From a virus (Duplodnaviria > Caudoviricetes), in IMG/VR virus record IMGVR_UViG_3300023095_000005, positions 1-39,121 of that record: a DNA stretch of 39,121 nucleotides; one strand, 5' to 3'. Below the pieces are notes generated by a model that was not told where the DNA came from, searched no databases, and worked only from the letters and a program-made list of their open reading frames with translations. Position 1 is the first letter of the stretch. Each line of letters opens with the position of its first letter. Position numbers and translations under genes: made by a program. Positions 16,126-25,635 of this stretch are shown here, piece after piece.

Positions 16126-19100
16126 TGGCTTTAAACATTGTTCATCCTAAAATTAACCAGATTGCCAACTGGACACAGTCTGAATTAGATGCACAGATTG
16201 CATTAGGGAACTTCCCACCCGGCACAACGCTTGCCATGATTACACTGGCGCAAGATTGGAATGCAGCCCATACGGTTACAGGAACATTAGACCCAACACA
16301 GAACAATGTCAGTGTTGATGGTGTTACAATCACAGGGAATGGGACACCGGGAAGTCCTTTGGTTGCCTCTGGTGGTGCTGGCGTTTACCTTCCGTTAGCT
16401 GGCGGCACGATGACAGGGGATGTCATCTATGACACAAACGCTCAGGTGTTGCTTGACGATAGTGTTACAACTGTTGGAACCAATCTTCCATTAGCATTTG
16501 ATGGTGATGGTGATACAGGATTTTATAGACCCGCTGCAAATCAAATGGCATGGGCAGCTGGCGGCACACTTATTACACAAGTGCAGCTTGGTACAGCAAC
16601 AGGCCAGCGCATGTTCCGGCCTCTTTACATGTCGTTTGGTAGTAATATTGCTTCTGCGACTACACCTGATTTAGGGGCTGCTACCGGTAATACAGTAATT
16701 ATTACTGGTACAACAACAATTACAGGTTTTGGATCGACGCCTCCATCTGGTTCGCGTTTTGTTACACGTTTTGCTGGTATCCTGACATTAACCAACAGCG
16801 CAACGTTGATCCTTCCTGGATCAACTAATATAACAACAGCCGCCGGAGATGAAGCGGAATGGATTTATGAAGGATCCAGCACATGGCGTTGCATGTGGTA
16901 CACAAAAGCCAATGGTAATGCTGTTATAATTAGTGCAGCTGGCACTCAAACTGTCGGCACAAATATGACACTGACAGGTGCCGGGACAACGGCCAGTCCG
17001 TATGTGTCCAGCCTTGCATTACCAATCATTGCCGATAATGCCACGACTCCTGCTGGTCGGGTCATGAGTTTGAATGGAAATACATTCATGACATACGGCC
17101 CAGCCGGGTACACGAAGGATAACGTTGGTATTGGCTATAACGCTGGTAATGCTTTAACCACGGGTGAAGATAATTCATTCTTAGGTTCAAACGCTGGTCT
17201 TAACGTTACATCCGGTAACGGCAATATGCTATTTGGTTCCTTAGCTGGGTATCTCATTACATCCGGTAGCTATAACACCTGTATTGGTCAGCAGACCGGA
17301 AATGCGCTGACCACTCAAAATGAGAATACGTTCATTGGTTTTGCTGCTGGTCGGGATACTACATCTGCTGGCAACACATTCATTGGATCAGGTTCCGGTG
17401 TTTCAAATACAACGGGAGCCAGTAATGTATTTCTAGGGAGTGCTGCTGGTTATTACAACACTACTGGTAATTTAAACACGTTGGTCGGTACTCTGGCTGG
17501 TTATTTCCAGACCACGGGCGTAGCTAATACTATGATGGGTGTAAATTCTGGACTAAACAACAGTTCAGGAAGCTATAACTCTTTTATCGGAGTTAGTGCC
17601 GGACAGTCTAACGGTGCAGGTAATTCCAACGTTATGATCGGCAATGATGCTGGTATTTACGCAGTAGGCGGATCAGACAATACGTTTGTCGGAAAAGGCG
17701 CTGGGTATAATAACGCAGCAAGTGCAAACGTCTTTATCGGCTCGTCGTCCGGTGTGTCAACCACCTCCGGCGCACAGAACACATCTGCAGGCACAACATC
17801 GCTTTATAGCAACAGCACAGGTGCTAATAATGCGGCTATAGGTTATGAGGCTGGATACGGCAATACAACTGGCGGTAATAACGCATTCTTTGGTAGTGGT
17901 TCTGGGCGCAACAGTTCCACAGGTGTAAATAATACGTTCGTTGGGACAAACTCTGGCTTTTCCAATGGCAGCGGTAACGCAAACACAATGATCGGATTTC
18001 AAGCAGGTGCTTTTGCCACTGGAGGTTCTGAATGTACCTTCGTTGGTAATGGCGCTGGCGCTAATAACTCGGCAAATAATAATACATTCTTTGGCTCGGG
18101 TGCTGGTAATCAAAATACGACTGGCTCTAATTCGCTCTTTATTGGTTTCTTAGCAGGATACGCTAATACCACTGGTTCTTCAAACACCGCAATTGGTGGG
18201 GCAGCTTTATCGGCAAATACAACTGGTGACGGCAACGTATCTATCGGTAATGACGCTTTGCGTAATAACACTACGGGCGGTTATAATGTAGCTATCGCCA
18301 GTTCGGCTTTATTCAGTAACACAACTGGTACTGTGAATGTAGCCATCGGCAATCAGTCATTGTTGTACAATACTACAGGCAGCTATAACGTATCTTTGGG
18401 TAATGCATCGCTTTATTCTAATACCACCGGCAACAGTAATATGTCGATGGGCACTTACACCATGTTCTATAACACTGTAGGTCAGAATAACATTGCTCTT
18501 GGTGATAATGCACTGAACAAAGGTGTAGCTCTATCTGGCAACGTAGCTATCGGTATTCAGGCGATGGCCTATGCTAACGACACGACCACTCCGACAACCA
18601 GCTATAATGTTGCTATTGGCTATCAGGCCTTGGCGGGAAGCACCACACCTGCCAATAACACGGGCGTTTATAACATCGCTATCGGTGTACAATCCTTCTT
18701 TGTTAATACAACTGGTACATCAAACGTCGGGATTGGTAACAATACCGGGATCAATAATAGCACGGGTGGTTATAACGCCTTCATCGGTGAATCTGCTGGT
18801 GTTTCCAATACTGTCGGTAACTATAATGCTTATGTTGGTTATCAGGCTGCTGCTGCAAACACAAGCGGATCAAGTAATGCATTCTTTGGTACGCTTTCGG
18901 GCTCTGCTAATACCACAGGTTATCTGAATACCTATATCGGTCGTGATGCTGGTAATTTAAACGTGTCTGGCTTCCAGAACACGATGATTGGTTACAACAC
19001 CAATGCACCTACCACATCGACCAATAATTACCTGAACATTTCCAATAGTATTCTGGGAAGTGTTGGTGCCAATGCTGGATCACCGGGTAACCACAGTGCT

Positions 19101-19733
19101 GATTTAACGATTGATGGCGATCTGTCAGTCTATAATCTGGCTGGCACCGGGACACGCATGGTTACAACCAATGCAGCTGGTAAATTGATTGCTGCGGCGT
19201 TACCGGGTGGTACAGGAACGGTTACATCAGCATCAATCGTTACAGCAAATGGTTTTGCTGGTACAACGGCTACAGCGACAACAACTCCGGCACATACGAT
19301 TACCACAACTGTTACCGGTCTTATCAAGGGTAATGGAACAGCTATTAGTGCCGCAACGGCTGGTACTGACTATGTTACACCAACGGGCACAGAAACTCTT
19401 ACAAATAAGCGTATTAATCCCCGAGTTAGCACCACGGCATCAAGCTCAACACCAACGCCAAACGCAGATACTGACGATATGTACACAGTTACGGCATTGG
19501 CAGCAAATGCAACGTTTGGTGCACCAACTGGTACACCTGTTGATGGTCAGGCTATGATTATCCGGGTAAAAGATAATGGAACAGCCAGAACGCTTGCTTT
19601 CAATGCTATATATCGTGCTATTGGTGTTACCCTTCCAACAACAACAGTCATCAGTAAAACCCTTTATCTTGGCATGATTTTTAATAATGCTGACACAAAA
19701 TGGGATATTACTGGTTACAGTTTGCAGGCCTGA
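16125..19733 (+). CDS. long fibre/adhesin protein with beta-solenoid repeats
   Basis: Dozens of NxFIG/NxAIG..AG..NTTG repeats; fibre-type modules YLPLAGGTMTG and TGTETLTNK; C-terminal TP.DGQ..IIR.KDNGTAR domain. Confidence 0.8.
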   Translation: MALNIVHPKINQIANWTQSELDAQIALGNFPPGTTLAMITLAQDWNAAHTVTGTLDPTQNNVSVDGVTITGNGTPGSPLVASGGAGVYLPLAGGTMTGDVIYDTNAQVLLDDSVTTVGTNLPLAFDGDGDTGFYRPAANQMAWAAGGTLITQVQLGTATGQRMFRPLYMSFGSNIASATTPDLGAATGNTVIITGTTTITGFGSTPPSGSRFVTRFAGILTLTNSATLILPGSTNITTAAGDEAEWIYEGSSTWRCMWYTKANGNAVIISAAGTQTVGTNMTLTGAGTTASPYVSSLALPIIADNATTPAGRVMSLNGNTFMTYGPAGYTKDNVGIGYNAGNALTTGEDNSFLGSNAGLNVTSGNGNMLFGSLAGYLITSGSYNTCIGQQTGNALTTQNENTFIGFAAGRDTTSAGNTFIGSGSGVSNTTGASNVFLGSAAGYYNTTGNLNTLVGTLAGYFQTTGVANTMMGVNSGLNNSSGSYNSFIGVSAGQSNGAGNSNVMIGNDAGIYAVGGSDNTFVGKGAGYNNAASANVFIGSSSGVSTTSGAQNTSAGTTSLYSNSTGANNAAIGYEAGYGNTTGGNNAFFGSGSGRNSSTGVNNTFVGTNSGFSNGSGNANTMIGFQAGAFATGGSECTFVGNGAGANNSANNNTFFGSGAGNQNTTGSNSLFIGFLAGYANTTGSSNTAIGGAALSANTTGDGNVSIGNDALRNNTTGGYNVAIASSALFSNTTGTVNVAIGNQSLLYNTTGSYNVSLGNASLYSNTTGNSNMSMGTYTMFYNTVGQNNIALGDNALNKGVALSGNVAIGIQAMAYANDTTTPTTSYNVAIGYQALAGSTTPANNTGVYNIAIGVQSFFVNTTGTSNVGIGNNTGINNSTGGYNAFIGESAGVSNTVGNYNAYVGYQAAAANTSGSSNAFFGTLSGSANTTGYLNTYIGRDAGNLNVSGFQNTMIGYNTNAPTTSTNNYLNISNSILGSVGANAGSPGNHSADLTIDGDLSVYNLAGTGTRMVTTNAAGKLIAAALPGGTGTVTSASIVTANGFAGTTATATTTPAHTITTTVTGLIKGNGTAISAATAGTDYVTPTGTETLTNKRINPRVSTTASSSTPTPNADTDDMYTVTALAANATFGAPTGTPVDGQAMIIRVKDNGTARTLAFNAIYRAIGVTLPTTTVISKTLYLGMIFNNADTKWDITGYSLQA

Positions 19734-20239
19734 TGAGCTATTATCGTTTTCCCGGTCTGTTGTTTAATAAAATTGTTAGCGGCGGCATCCCTGTTGGACT
19801 TTTTGAGGGATTTGAAAGTTTTTCAGGTGGTGTCCCAAATACAAAATCATGGAATAAGGTTGGTGGTTTAACAACGGTTAACCAAAGTACTTCAAATGTC
19901 ACACAAGGAGTATTTAGTGGTGAATTTATTTTCCCATCAGGTGCTTCTAATAGTCGAGGTATTGTTTCGGCTATTAATTATGATTTTAGCGGTATTACAA
20001 ATATCTTGCTTGATGTTAAACCATCCGGTGTTGCAAATACATCCGTAGTCTTTTTTATTTTTGATGGAACAAATCAAACCATTGCCCAGACCACACTTGG
20101 AAGTGGGACTGCAACAACATTAACCTTGACTCCTACTTTACCAGTTAATAAAGCATCAGCTAAACTTTATATTCTTTCTGATGATGCAGTAGCAAATGCT
20201 GGACAAACATTCTATTGCGACAATCTGCGTTGCACTTAA
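19733..20239 (+). CDS. putative adhesin tip / carbohydrate-binding beta-sandwich protein
   Basis: TGATG coupling (start MSYYRF); GFES..W..FYCDNLR jelly-roll-like pattern; AT-rich. Confidence 0.6.
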   Translation: MSYYRFPGLLFNKIVSGGIPVGLFEGFESFSGGVPNTKSWNKVGGLTTVNQSTSNVTQGVFSGEFIFPSGASNSRGIVSAINYDFSGITNILLDVKPSGVANTSVVFFIFDGTNQTIAQTTLGSGTATTLTLTPTLPVNKASAKLYILSDDAVANAGQTFYCDNLRCT

Positions 20240-20257
20240 CAATAACCCAAGGAGTAA

Positions 20258-20500
20258 ATGATGACTATCAAAGCCGAACGCATTGAATCTGAGTCCAGCA
20301 CAGATGTTTACAAGCTGTTTGTTCCACAATCTGCTGAAAAGATGGACGGCACCAAGGTTGAGATTAGCGTGTGCGAAACAGTTGATGTTAAAATGCTTGA
20401 GCTGCAACGTATGTATTTCATGGCTACTATTGAACGCGCACAGGAGGATCTGGAACAGGTCAATAAGAAACTCGCTGCCATTGAGGCTCTTGAGGGATAA
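20258..20500 (+). CDS. small coiled-coil protein (possible fibre chaperone)
   Basis: AAGGAG RBS; C-terminal heptads. Confidence 0.6.
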   Translation: MMTIKAERIESESSTDVYKLFVPQSAEKMDGTKVEISVCETVDVKMLELQRMYFMATIERAQEDLEQVNKKLAAIEALEG

Positions 20501-20907
20501 TGTTCTCAGCTTTCCAACATAGCGGGTTTCAAAACAATGCTTACCAGATTAAGTCTGGTGGCACGGTGCCTAATAACTGGATGGGTGGGCCGATTGATAA
20601 TTATTATTATGATCGGATCAAGCAATATCGCCGGGATCAAGCAGAGCAGCAGCGTCTTGATGACCTTGAACGCCAAAAGCTTGAGGCACAAGAAGCTCTG
20701 GAGGCAAAAGAAGCTGAGATTGCTGCTCTTGAGGCACAACGTCTGCAGGATCTTGCCGATCAACAGATGCAGGCTCAATTATTAGCTCTGTTCCTTGAAG
20801 CGAAAGCCTTACAAGAACAGCAATTACGCATCGAAGCTGCTATCATGGCCTTTATGCGTGATGAGGAAGATTGCATGATTTTGCTATACAGCTTGCCGTT
20901 TATGTAG
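20500..20907 (+). CDS. coiled-coil structural-module protein
   Basis: N-terminal FSAFQ..GFQNNAYQ, central coiled coil, C-terminal DEED.MILL. Confidence 0.65.
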   Translation: MFSAFQHSGFQNNAYQIKSGGTVPNNWMGGPIDNYYYDRIKQYRRDQAEQQRLDDLERQKLEAQEALEAKEAEIAALEAQRLQDLADQQMQAQLLALFLEAKALQEQQLRIEAAIMAFMRDEEDCMILLYSLPFM

Positions 20908-20915
20908 GAGATGAA

Positions 20916-21383
20916 ATGACATTAGAAACTGTAAACCGGGTTGTTTATATTATTGATATTGGTCAGGGGTATTATTATATAACTCTGATGGATGGTTATA
21001 AGGGTGTCTTTACCCAATTGACTAATTTTATTACCGGAACAACTGTTGCAACTCAGGAAGAACCGGTGTTTGGACAAAGATATATTGAGGCTCTGGCTGT
21101 GTTAGAGCGAAATCAAGGAAGTTCTGACGCTTTTCGTATGACCATTATGAATGGCAAACAGCGTTTTTACTCTGTTATGTTACCTAAGCGCATTTATAAC
21201 CCCCAGTTAGAGCCGGTATCTGAAGACCTTTACAATATGGCTTTGCGAGAGAAACAGGATGATGCAGCATATGTTTTATCATATGATCCGCTTGATTTCT
21301 CTGATTTAACCCCTCAACCGGGAGATTATATTGTAAATATGTTTGATTATGTTGTAAATGGGACGGATCGTGTTATAATTTAA
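20916..21383 (+). CDS. hypothetical protein
   Basis: AGGAG RBS before ATG 20916 in track ORF 20871-21383. Confidence 0.65.
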   Translation: MTLETVNRVVYIIDIGQGYYYITLMDGYKGVFTQLTNFITGTTVATQEEPVFGQRYIEALAVLERNQGSSDAFRMTIMNGKQRFYSVMLPKRIYNPQLEPVSEDLYNMALREKQDDAAYVLSYDPLDFSDLTPQPGDYIVNMFDYVVNGTDRVII

Positions 21384-21400
21384 CAAAAAGGAAAGTATCA

Positions 21401-21625
21401 ATGGCAAATGTTCAGTTATCTTCACTTGGCGCTGTCTTATCTAAGGCGGTAAATGTCTATTATGTGGCAAATGATACTGAGCGTGATACCCTGCAGGCTC
21501 TCTCACCAACGACTCCAAAGATCATTATTGTGAATAATTCTGCCTCAAAAGGCGGGGTTCAGGTGCAATACACCTATAGTTCAACAGGCAACCGTTATTG
21601 GTTTGCCAGCGTAGAGGATGTTTAG
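21401..21625 (+). CDS. small hypothetical protein, possibly virion-associated
   Basis: AAGGA RBS; VANDTERDTL fibre-type motif. Confidence 0.6.
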   Translation: MANVQLSSLGAVLSKAVNVYYVANDTERDTLQALSPTTPKIIIVNNSASKGGVQVQYTYSSTGNRYWFASVEDV

Positions 21626-21626
21626 A

Positions 21627-22994
21627 ATGGTTTCTTTTCCCGTAGTATCACAAGAGACATTAAAAGATCGTGTTATTCGTGAAGGCGATCCGTGGCTTGG
21701 CCAAAGCAACAGCAATATGCGCTGGACAGGTGTTACTGTTGGCGCTGGTCAGGGTGTTGGGGGTGGTAATACACAACCGAATATCAAAGCATTTTGGCTT
21801 GAAAGCTTAACATTGAGTGCATCTGAAGCTTGTTATATTCAATCTTTAGGCCCATTCCTGCAATATGTTTCACCAAATGGGACGGCTCCTATTGGTAGTA
21901 CATTTGTTCAATCTGGCTCATACACAGTGCCTGCAGGCGGGACTATCGTTGTTCCAATTCAAGGTCTTTTTGATTCACAACACCAAGTGCCCGGCTTCTC
22001 TCTGATGCAGGTGTTTGAGCAAGACCCGAAAATGTCTATTCCTTCTCTTAGTGCTAATGTTGCATTAAACTATAATAAAAACGGTGGGCCAAGTAACCAG
22101 AATACAATCGTGGCTGGTGACAAATATTCCACTCTGTTTAATATTATTAATAACTCTGGTAGCCCGACTTCTGGTACAGTTACTGTTGTAGATAAAGTTC
22201 CGTCCCAGTGCCGTGTTATATCTTCTTCTGGCACAGGCTGGACAATTGGTGTGGTTGGTGATGTTTTAACGGCTACCACATCTGATGTGATTGCCAACGG
22301 TGCAACCAAGCCATTCACTGTTGTTTATGAGAACACCAAGCTTGTTCGTGCTGCAACTTCAATCTTCGGTTATTCCGTTGATGTTGATATTGCCGCTGAC
22401 TTGCCGCCGATCTGGTGGTGTGGAACGTCTATCACGGCTGGATCAACCCCAACCAGTTATATCCAGCATTTCACGTATAAGACACGTAACTGGTTACGTG
22501 ATGTTAAAGGTATTTCAACACGCGTCTTTAACCGTGGCGTTGGTGGGGCATCTTCCATTGCTCAGGAATTACTTCGCGCAACAAATAACCGCTATGAGAC
22601 GCTGCAAAAGCCTCGTATGGCGGTTTATGAAGAAGGTATTAACGATAGCGCACAAGGCGTTCCAACAGCTACGACCATTGCAAATATGCAGGCGTACGTA
22701 GCTCATGTGCGCCGTAAATCAGCCACTTGTCCTATTTTTATCTGGGCTCCATTACCAACAGGTAATGTAGGTTATGAGGCCTTAAATCAGGCTTTGCATC
22801 TTGTATATGGCCCTGCTGTTGCGGCTCTTGGTGATCCAAAGGTTTACTATGTCTCTACATTGCGTACTGCATGGAACCCTGTCACGCAGGATGCAACATA
22901 TACGACTGATACAATCCATCCGAACGATGCAGGGAATCAGAAGATTGTAGATGTGTTTACAGCCTTTATGGATACTATTGATCTGGGAGAATAG
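21627..22994 (+). CDS. SGNH/GDSL esterase with a DUF11-like Ig domain
   Basis: Blocks CGTSITAG, NRGVGG, EEGIND, DTIHPN; Ig-like AGD.YST.FNI.NNSGSPTSGTVTVVDKVP; start ATG 21627 after GAGGA. Confidence 0.8.
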   Translation: MVSFPVVSQETLKDRVIREGDPWLGQSNSNMRWTGVTVGAGQGVGGGNTQPNIKAFWLESLTLSASEACYIQSLGPFLQYVSPNGTAPIGSTFVQSGSYTVPAGGTIVVPIQGLFDSQHQVPGFSLMQVFEQDPKMSIPSLSANVALNYNKNGGPSNQNTIVAGDKYSTLFNIINNSGSPTSGTVTVVDKVPSQCRVISSSGTGWTIGVVGDVLTATTSDVIANGATKPFTVVYENTKLVRAATSIFGYSVDVDIAADLPPIWWCGTSITAGSTPTSYIQHFTYKTRNWLRDVKGISTRVFNRGVGGASSIAQELLRATNNRYETLQKPRMAVYEEGINDSAQGVPTATTIANMQAYVAHVRRKSATCPIFIWAPLPTGNVGYEALNQALHLVYGPAVAALGDPKVYYVSTLRTAWNPVTQDATYTTDTIHPNDAGNQKIVDVFTAFMDTIDLGE

Positions 22995-23004
22995 GAATTG
23001 TTAA

Positions 23005-23060
23005 CCAGAAAATATTCTTCATTTACTTGTTGACAGCCGCAGATTTTCTAGTATAAGCTA
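23005..23060 (+). promoter_or_regulatory. scaffold/capsid promoter with 15-bp box
   Basis: TTGACA..TATAAG; CCGCAGATTTTCTAG at 23037-23051 in the spacer. Confidence 0.65.
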
Positions 23061-23099
23061 ATGACAGTTCTCACATAAATCCCCTTAGGAGGGTGGCAA

Positions 23100-23945
23100 A
23101 TGAACGAAAACACTGACAACGGTGTTGTACCGGAGCAGGTTGATGAAATTCAGTCGAATGCGTACCTGAGTAATCCAGACCTAAAAGCTCCTGTTGATGA
23201 AACAGATGCGCCTGAGACACCGCCAGAGGGTGATAAAAAGCCCGAAGGTGACGGCAGCGAAAAGAAGGCCAGAAATCGTCCCGGACGCGAAGAGCGTGAA
23301 ACATTCCGGCTCCAGCAGAGAATTGCAGAATTAGAAGCAGCTCAGCGAAGCAACGGTCAAAACCCTCCAAATCCTGATAATGCCGATAAAGGCCCTCAAT
23401 TAGCGGATTTCGATGATGCTCTTGAGTATACTGAGAAACGCGCTGAATGGTTAGCGAATAAGGCCATTGAGGCTTATGAAGCTAAAAAAACAGCAGAATC
23501 TCAAAAACATACCCAAGAACAAAGATTTGCTGAAAACGTTGCGAAGCACGAAGAACGTGAAGCTGTATTCCTAGAACAAACCCCTGATTATGTCGAAAAA
23601 GTGACACCACTTTATCAGGCATTTGAAGCGGGTCATATCCCTAAGGAAATCGGTCAAGCGGTTTTAGATTCGGACGTTAGCGAGAAAATTGTTTATCACT
23701 TGTCAAAAAACCCGTTGCATCTGCAACAGCTTATGGCAGCAAGTAATAATCCTTTCTTGTTAAACAGCTATATCTCTGAAATTGAAGGCATCATTGATAC
23801 CACGCCTCAAGTCGCTGCGGTCAAAAAAACAAACGCACCGCCGCCAGTTTCTCCTGTTAAGGGTCAGAAAAACTCTGAGAAGTCCCTCGATGAGATGGAT
23901 TTTGAAGATTTCAAGAAAGCAAGAGAATCCCAGTTGCGGCGGTAA
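23100..23945 (+). CDS. scaffolding protein
   Basis: Acidic, helical; IVYHL.KNP, T.APPP..PV.G; directly upstream of the coat gene. Confidence 0.8.
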   Translation: MNENTDNGVVPEQVDEIQSNAYLSNPDLKAPVDETDAPETPPEGDKKPEGDGSEKKARNRPGREERETFRLQQRIAELEAAQRSNGQNPPNPDNADKGPQLADFDDALEYTEKRAEWLANKAIEAYEAKKTAESQKHTQEQRFAENVAKHEEREAVFLEQTPDYVEKVTPLYQAFEAGHIPKEIGQAVLDSDVSEKIVYHLSKNPLHLQQLMAASNNPFLLNSYISEIEGIIDTTPQVAAVKKTNAPPPVSPVKGQKNSEKSLDEMDFEDFKKARESQLRR

Positions 23946-23974
23946 TTTAAACCGCTAAACATTGGAGGCCACTT

Positions 23975-25180
23975 GTGGCTAATAATCTCTTAACCATCGG
24001 GATGATTACCCGTGAATCCTTGCGTATTCTGGAGAACATGCTTCCGTTCACCAAAAACGTAAACACTCAATACGAATCAGCCTTTGCTCAAGACGGTCGT
24101 AAGATCGGCGATAGCATTAACATCCGCAAGCCACCTCGCTATGTTGGCCGTGATGGTCCGTTGCTGCAAGTTGAAAGCTCAGTCGAATCGACTGTTCCTT
24201 TGACTCTGCAACAATCTGGTTGTGATATTTCCTTCTCCTCAAAGGATATGACGCTCTCTATTGATGATTTCAGTAAGCGCTTCATCCAGCCAGCCATTGC
24301 AACTGTTGCCAACAAGATCGAAGTTGCTGGTATGAACCTGTATCGTGACGTTTATAACGTTGTTGGTACACCGGGTACATTGCCAACTGCTGCGACTTTG
24401 GGTCAAGCCAATGCGTTGCTGGATGCTTCCAGCACCCCAATGGATGGTCTGCGTACAGTTATCCTTGAGCCATATGCAACTGCAAACCTTGTTCAGGACA
24501 CTAAAGGCCTGTTCCAATCCTCAAGCATCATCTCCGAGCAATACAAATCGGGTCGTTTTGCTGAAGGTTTTGGTTTCAATGCCTATACCGGTCAGAACAT
24601 TCCAACCCACACAGCCGGTCCACAAGGTGGTACTCCTGCTGTTAACGGTGCTGGTCAGTCTGGTTCAAACCTTGTAACCAACGGATGGACAGCTGCTGCT
24701 GCTTTGCGTCTGCGCCGTGGTGATACTTTCACTATTGCTAACGTATTCGCTGTTAACGCCCAATCCCGTGCGTCTACTGGTAAGCTGCAAAGCTTTGTTG
24801 TTACTGCCGATGTATCATCTGACGGTGCTGGTAATGCAACAATTCCGATCAGCCCAGCGATTGTCACATCTGGCCAGTTCCAGACTGTTGACAGCGCACC
24901 AGCTGGCGGCGCTTTGTTGACCGTAACATCTGGTACATCTGCTCAGGTTTCTAAACAGAACTTGGCCTATCACCGTGATGCGTTCACCTTTGCGACTGTT
25001 GACATGGAAATCCCACGTGGCGTTCACATGGCCGAGCGTGTTGTGTCTCGTGCGTCTGGTATCAGCCTGCGTGCTGTTCAGGCCTATGACATCAATACCG
25101 ATCAGATGCCATTACGTTTAGATGTTCTCTATGGTTGGGCTACAACCCGTCCTGAGTTCGCTGTTCGTATCGAAGGTTAA
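23975..25180 (+). CDS. major capsid protein (P22 gp5-like)
   Basis: MANNLLT..MIT.E.LR.LEN, KIGD.INIR.P, AYHRDAF, RLDVLYGW. Confidence 0.92.
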   Translation: MANNLLTIGMITRESLRILENMLPFTKNVNTQYESAFAQDGRKIGDSINIRKPPRYVGRDGPLLQVESSVESTVPLTLQQSGCDISFSSKDMTLSIDDFSKRFIQPAIATVANKIEVAGMNLYRDVYNVVGTPGTLPTAATLGQANALLDASSTPMDGLRTVILEPYATANLVQDTKGLFQSSSIISEQYKSGRFAEGFGFNAYTGQNIPTHTAGPQGGTPAVNGAGQSGSNLVTNGWTAAAALRLRRGDTFTIANVFAVNAQSRASTGKLQSFVVTADVSSDGAGNATIPISPAIVTSGQFQTVDSAPAGGALLTVTSGTSAQVSKQNLAYHRDAFTFATVDMEIPRGVHMAERVVSRASGISLRAVQAYDINTDQMPLRLDVLYGWATTRPEFAVRIEG

Positions 25181-25198
25181 TAGGAAAGGAACTTAACT

Positions 25199-25585
25199 AT
25201 GCCTGCATTTAACTCCCCTGCTACCATTACTTTGCTGCAAAGTAATCCTAACCCGTATCCAGATGGTCAGATCATTGATCCAACCGTCTTGACGGCTGCT
25301 GCTGCTGGGACAACCCAAGCAACGGCTGCTGCCATCACCAATGATGTGACGGTTATCAGCAACAACACCGCTGCAAATGGTATGATTCTGCCTGTCCCAA
25401 CTGCTGGTCAGACGTTTTATATCATTCCATCACTGGTCACCAATGCTCCATTGATCTATCCACCTGTTGGCGGATCAATCAACTTTGGTACAGCCAACGC
25501 TGGTGTTGCTATTACTGCCCGTAAACTGGCGCAATTCATTGCTCTTGATTCGGTTGGTAACTACGCGCTGTTGCAAGGTGCATAA
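25199..25585 (+). CDS. putative capsid decoration/minor head protein
   Basis: Ala/Thr-rich, IYPPVGG.IN; between the coat gene and a terminator. Confidence 0.6.
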   Translation: MPAFNSPATITLLQSNPNPYPDGQIIDPTVLTAAAAGTTQATAAAITNDVTVISNNTAANGMILPVPTAGQTFYIIPSLVTNAPLIYPPVGGSINFGTANAGVAITARKLAQFIALDSVGNYALLQGA

Positions 25586-25588
25586 TAT

Positions 25589-25622
25589 AAAGGGGCGGTG
25601 AAAGCTGCCCCTTTCTACCTTT
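25589..25622 (+). terminator. intrinsic terminator
   Basis: AAAGGGGCGGT-GAAA-GCTGCCCCTTT then CTACCTTT. Confidence 0.75.
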
Positions 25623-25635
25623 CTAGGAGATACAC

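Noticed and set aside
16125-19733. Diversity-generating retroelement target
   Set aside because: No reverse transcriptase and no template/variable repeat pair seen
13757-23051. Invertible segment between the 15-bp inverted repeats
   Set aside because: No recombinase recognised, inversion would reverse the portal gene, and the position within promoter spacers fits operators better
23950-23959. AACCGCTAAA upstream of both the coat and SSB (6645-6654, minus strand) RBSs
   Set aside because: A single 10-mer match is expected by chance in 39 kb and I saw no third copy
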